The position numbers and the translations under genes are program-made. Below, piece after piece: positions 61,276-64,000 of a stretch of 64,000 bases of DNA. A model generated the notes under the pieces. That model did no database searches and was not told where the DNA came from. It worked only from the letters and a program-made list of their open reading frames with translations. Origin of the DNA: Tubiluchus corallicola (Eukaryota > Animalia > Priapulida); assembly GCA_030141605.1 (NCBI GenBank), contig JAQGDQ010000585.1, positions 25,310 through 89,309 on the forward strand, written 5' to 3'. The number at the start of each line of letters is the position of its first letter. Within the stretch, counting starts at the first letter, position 1.

Positions 61276-62189
61276 TGTTGGGAGCCGTTTGGACCACTGC
61301 GCCAAGTAGACCACTTGATGCGCTAAAAGTAGTGTCCTACATGGGCAGCCCAAGTAGGACACTAGCGATTTTTATCGAGAAACTTGCTCTGGCAAAACTT
61401 GTTTCCAGTTTATATTACCATTGTTTATAAGTATTGTTATGACATAATAAAGCATAAAACAAAATTTCTTTTAGAAATGGATATTCCTTGGCAATTTACA
61501 AATGCATTTCTTACAATAATTTCATCATTATGATTAACTCCATTAATATATCATAACATTAAACCTAGTATCTAATGCTTTAAAGAGAGAAATTCTGCAC
61601 ACGGTTATTACAGAAATAATTGCAAATTTAAAAATGAGACAGATGCTGCTAAGCCTTCACAACACCAAAAAGTAATTTTTAACATTTAAGAAAAGCAAGG
61701 ATAATTAGTTTTAATATTATCAGTAGTATTGTAACATGTAGGGCACTGTCCTACATGGCTCGCTAGCCCATGTAGGACACATAGATCGCTAGAACGTTTA
61801 CTTATAAGAAAACAATTATTTGTCCAAGAGGTAGTGAAACGGATCACCTGTTTGTGAAGTGAGACAAAATCAAAAATGATATACCTTAAACAAATGTTGA
61901 ATTCGCAAAAAAGTGGGGTTTTTTCACTTCAACAACATTAATATCGAAACCAAATTTAATATTGTCCGTTCTACCAGCTCAGAATAAAATTCTTTTATTT
62001 TATTAGATGTATAATAAATTATTCAACGTGTATTAACGTTTTTAATTATTATTATTACATAAACAAGCACAACGGACGGTGTCAGTACACTTAACGACTG
62101 AATTCACGACCTGTCTCTAGTGTCCTACTTGGGCAGCCCAAGTAGACCAATTGGTCTACTTGGCGCAGTGGTCCAAACGGCTCCCAACA
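61276..62189. mobile_element. Non-autonomous DNA transposon with TGT...ACA ends, 38-bp perfect TIRs and a 5-bp TSD (Ginger2/TDD-like by termini)
   Basis: TIR tgttgggagccgtttggaccactgcgccaagtagacca is mirrored at 62152-62189; AAGAC is duplicated at 61271-61275 and 62190-62194. Confidence 0.85.
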
Positions 62190-62693
62190 AAGACAACTTG
62201 TGATTTGATCTCCACCACATGTGAGGCACTCTTTTTAAAGTGTAACTGTAAAGTACAAAATACATAATGCTTTTTGCTACTGGCCTGCTTAAGCATGTTA
62301 TTGTTTAGTCACGTGCTTGTTGCTTTCCGAATGTCATCATAAATTATTCGATTATGTCACATCTCTACATATCACCTGTATATTTTTTGTATTTCTACGT
62401 TTGTTTGCATAAGATCTTCAGCTTGGATGCCGTTGAATGGGACAAACATTTACACCTGAGGTGTACATTTTGCGAAGAATTTGTGTCTAAACCAGTAGTT
62501 AGCAAAATAGCAACAAACGTCAAATTCTGTGAAGTGTAATTAAATATCGCTTCTGAAAATTTAAAGATATTTGTTGCTTATTCTTTTTAAATCCGTGAAT
62601 GACTTTATATCCAGGATATGCTAAACTGTTTCTAGATTACCCTCGTACATGACTACAGCATTGAAATGGTATTTGGTAGGAGCTTTCTGAAAC

Positions 62694-64000
62694 ATGGGTA
62701 AACGAAAAACAAGAAAAACGTCATCACAACCTACGGTTACAAGCAGCAATTTGCAAGCTAGTCTTAATACAGATATAAAGGTAAGTTTATCATGGAGTAA
62801 ACTGTATATATATATATATATATGTATGTATATGTGTGTGTGTTCTGTAGAAATTACGAAGTTGCCTTCTACTAAATATTTGTACCACTATGAAAATTGC
62901 TGTCAACAGCTCATTGTGCATAGCGCCTTACCAGTAACATCTCTCTTGACGGTACACAAGCAACAAAGCTCAAAAACCAGTTTTTTTTAAAGTTATAGCT
63001 TTTATTGAATGATGCTAAAATGTTCACGAGAAACATGTATATATGTTTCTACATGCATATAGAAACATGCATATGTTCCCATATGCAATCAATTTTTAAA
63101 TTTCACTTACAATAACAAACAATTTGTTTTGGACTGAGATATTTCACAATTGTAAGCAAAAGCAATCAGGCACTGCTGTGGTCACTGTTTTGATAAAGGA
63201 TGGCTACAATAATCAGTTGTGATTTTGCTTGTAGCGTAAGATACTGCCCAAGTCGCGCTTGAAGACAGTGATGCCTGCTCCTTCTTACCAACTTTACAAG
63301 TGGACGCTAGAACAACTGGATGAGTGCGATGTCATAGTGGAAGGGTTGTTAGAGTAAGTGCCTTATAAACCATCTTTAAGACAGAGCACCTACATTACTT
63401 TCGTGCTTCTTCTTCTTTATGTACTTTGACGAGTATTTAAAAGTTGGTGTAACATCATATTTAATAACATAGAGTCTGTTGCTAAATGGGGAAGCCGTGG
63501 TAGCCTGGTGGTTATCTTAAACAATTTTCTTTGATAGTTGTTAGCTGAACATTGATAGTAAGCTAATGTTTCTCTTACAACCATCCTGAATTAGCAACTA
63601 ATTCTTTGGATGTTAGTCTAGTTCCCAATGCATACACATCAGACTTTCTTTGGCTAAAGCTTTACTGTTGTATGCACTAGGCTCTGACTTACACAGGGTT
63701 TATTAGACTCGTGGTTAACAGAATCAGTCCCTTAATTGACTCAAAAACTCAATGACCTGTTCACATGTATATAAAAACTGTCAGCAATTAACTCTAAAAA
63801 CTCTGCAGAGTTGAGTCAATTTTTATTTCTGATACTTAAAATAAAGACATTGTGTGTGATCAAAGAGCTTTTGCTACTTTTATATCATCTTTACTTCCCT
63901 TTTTTAAGCACCATAACATAATAACATCCATAGAAACAGTTATGTTAAGTATGGTTTTGTTTGCAGGCAGGTTCAGTCATTTTGCACTAGCAGTTTTGCT
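62694..64000 (+). CDS. 5' part of an unidentified multi-exon gene (continues past the window)
   Basis: Exons 62694-62780 (AAG|gtaagt), 63235-63353 (ttgtag|...GA|gtaagt) and 63967-end (ttgcag|) join in frame: MGKRKTRKTSSQPTVTSSNLQASLNTDIK-RKILPKSRLKTVMPAPSYQLYKWTLEQLDECDVIVEGLLE-QVQSFCTSSFA. No family was recognised. Confidence 0.65.

Overview
AT-rich, intron-containing animal genomic DNA from an invertebrate, probably a lophotrochozoan (inferred from gene and repeat character, not proven). Seven protein-coding loci were reconstructed by hand from splice sites and reading frames. (1) A strongly divergent TTLL4-like tubulin ligase: minus strand, at least 12 exons, one GC-AG intron, ends unresolved. 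(2-3) Two intronless S1 (trypsin-fold) serine protease paralogs made by a recent tandem duplication (20685-30164). Each lies just downstream of a BEL/Pao integrase relic, and a retroviral env-like relic lies between them. (4) BUD23/WBSCR22, 10 exons, minus strand, head-to-head with (5) an intronless DNAJC30-like gene, the same arrangement as at human 7q11.23. (6) A secreted TP53I13/DUF3105-like gene, 9 exons, minus strand. (7) The first three exons of an unidentified plus-strand gene running off the window end. Introns and spacers hold many MITEs (TTAA-flanked, hAT, pogo, TGT..ACA type), a tRNA-derived SINE, LINE 3' relics and satellites. The most notable observations: protease paralog divergence is concentrated in the substrate-binding loops; the TTLL4-like active site is remodelled; the BUD23-DNAJC30 pair is conserved; a 61-bp element is shared by both divergent promoter regions; a minisatellite is built of tandem splice-acceptor motifs; and inverted MITEs bracket three exons. 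All coordinates were read by eye; repeat boundaries are approximate.
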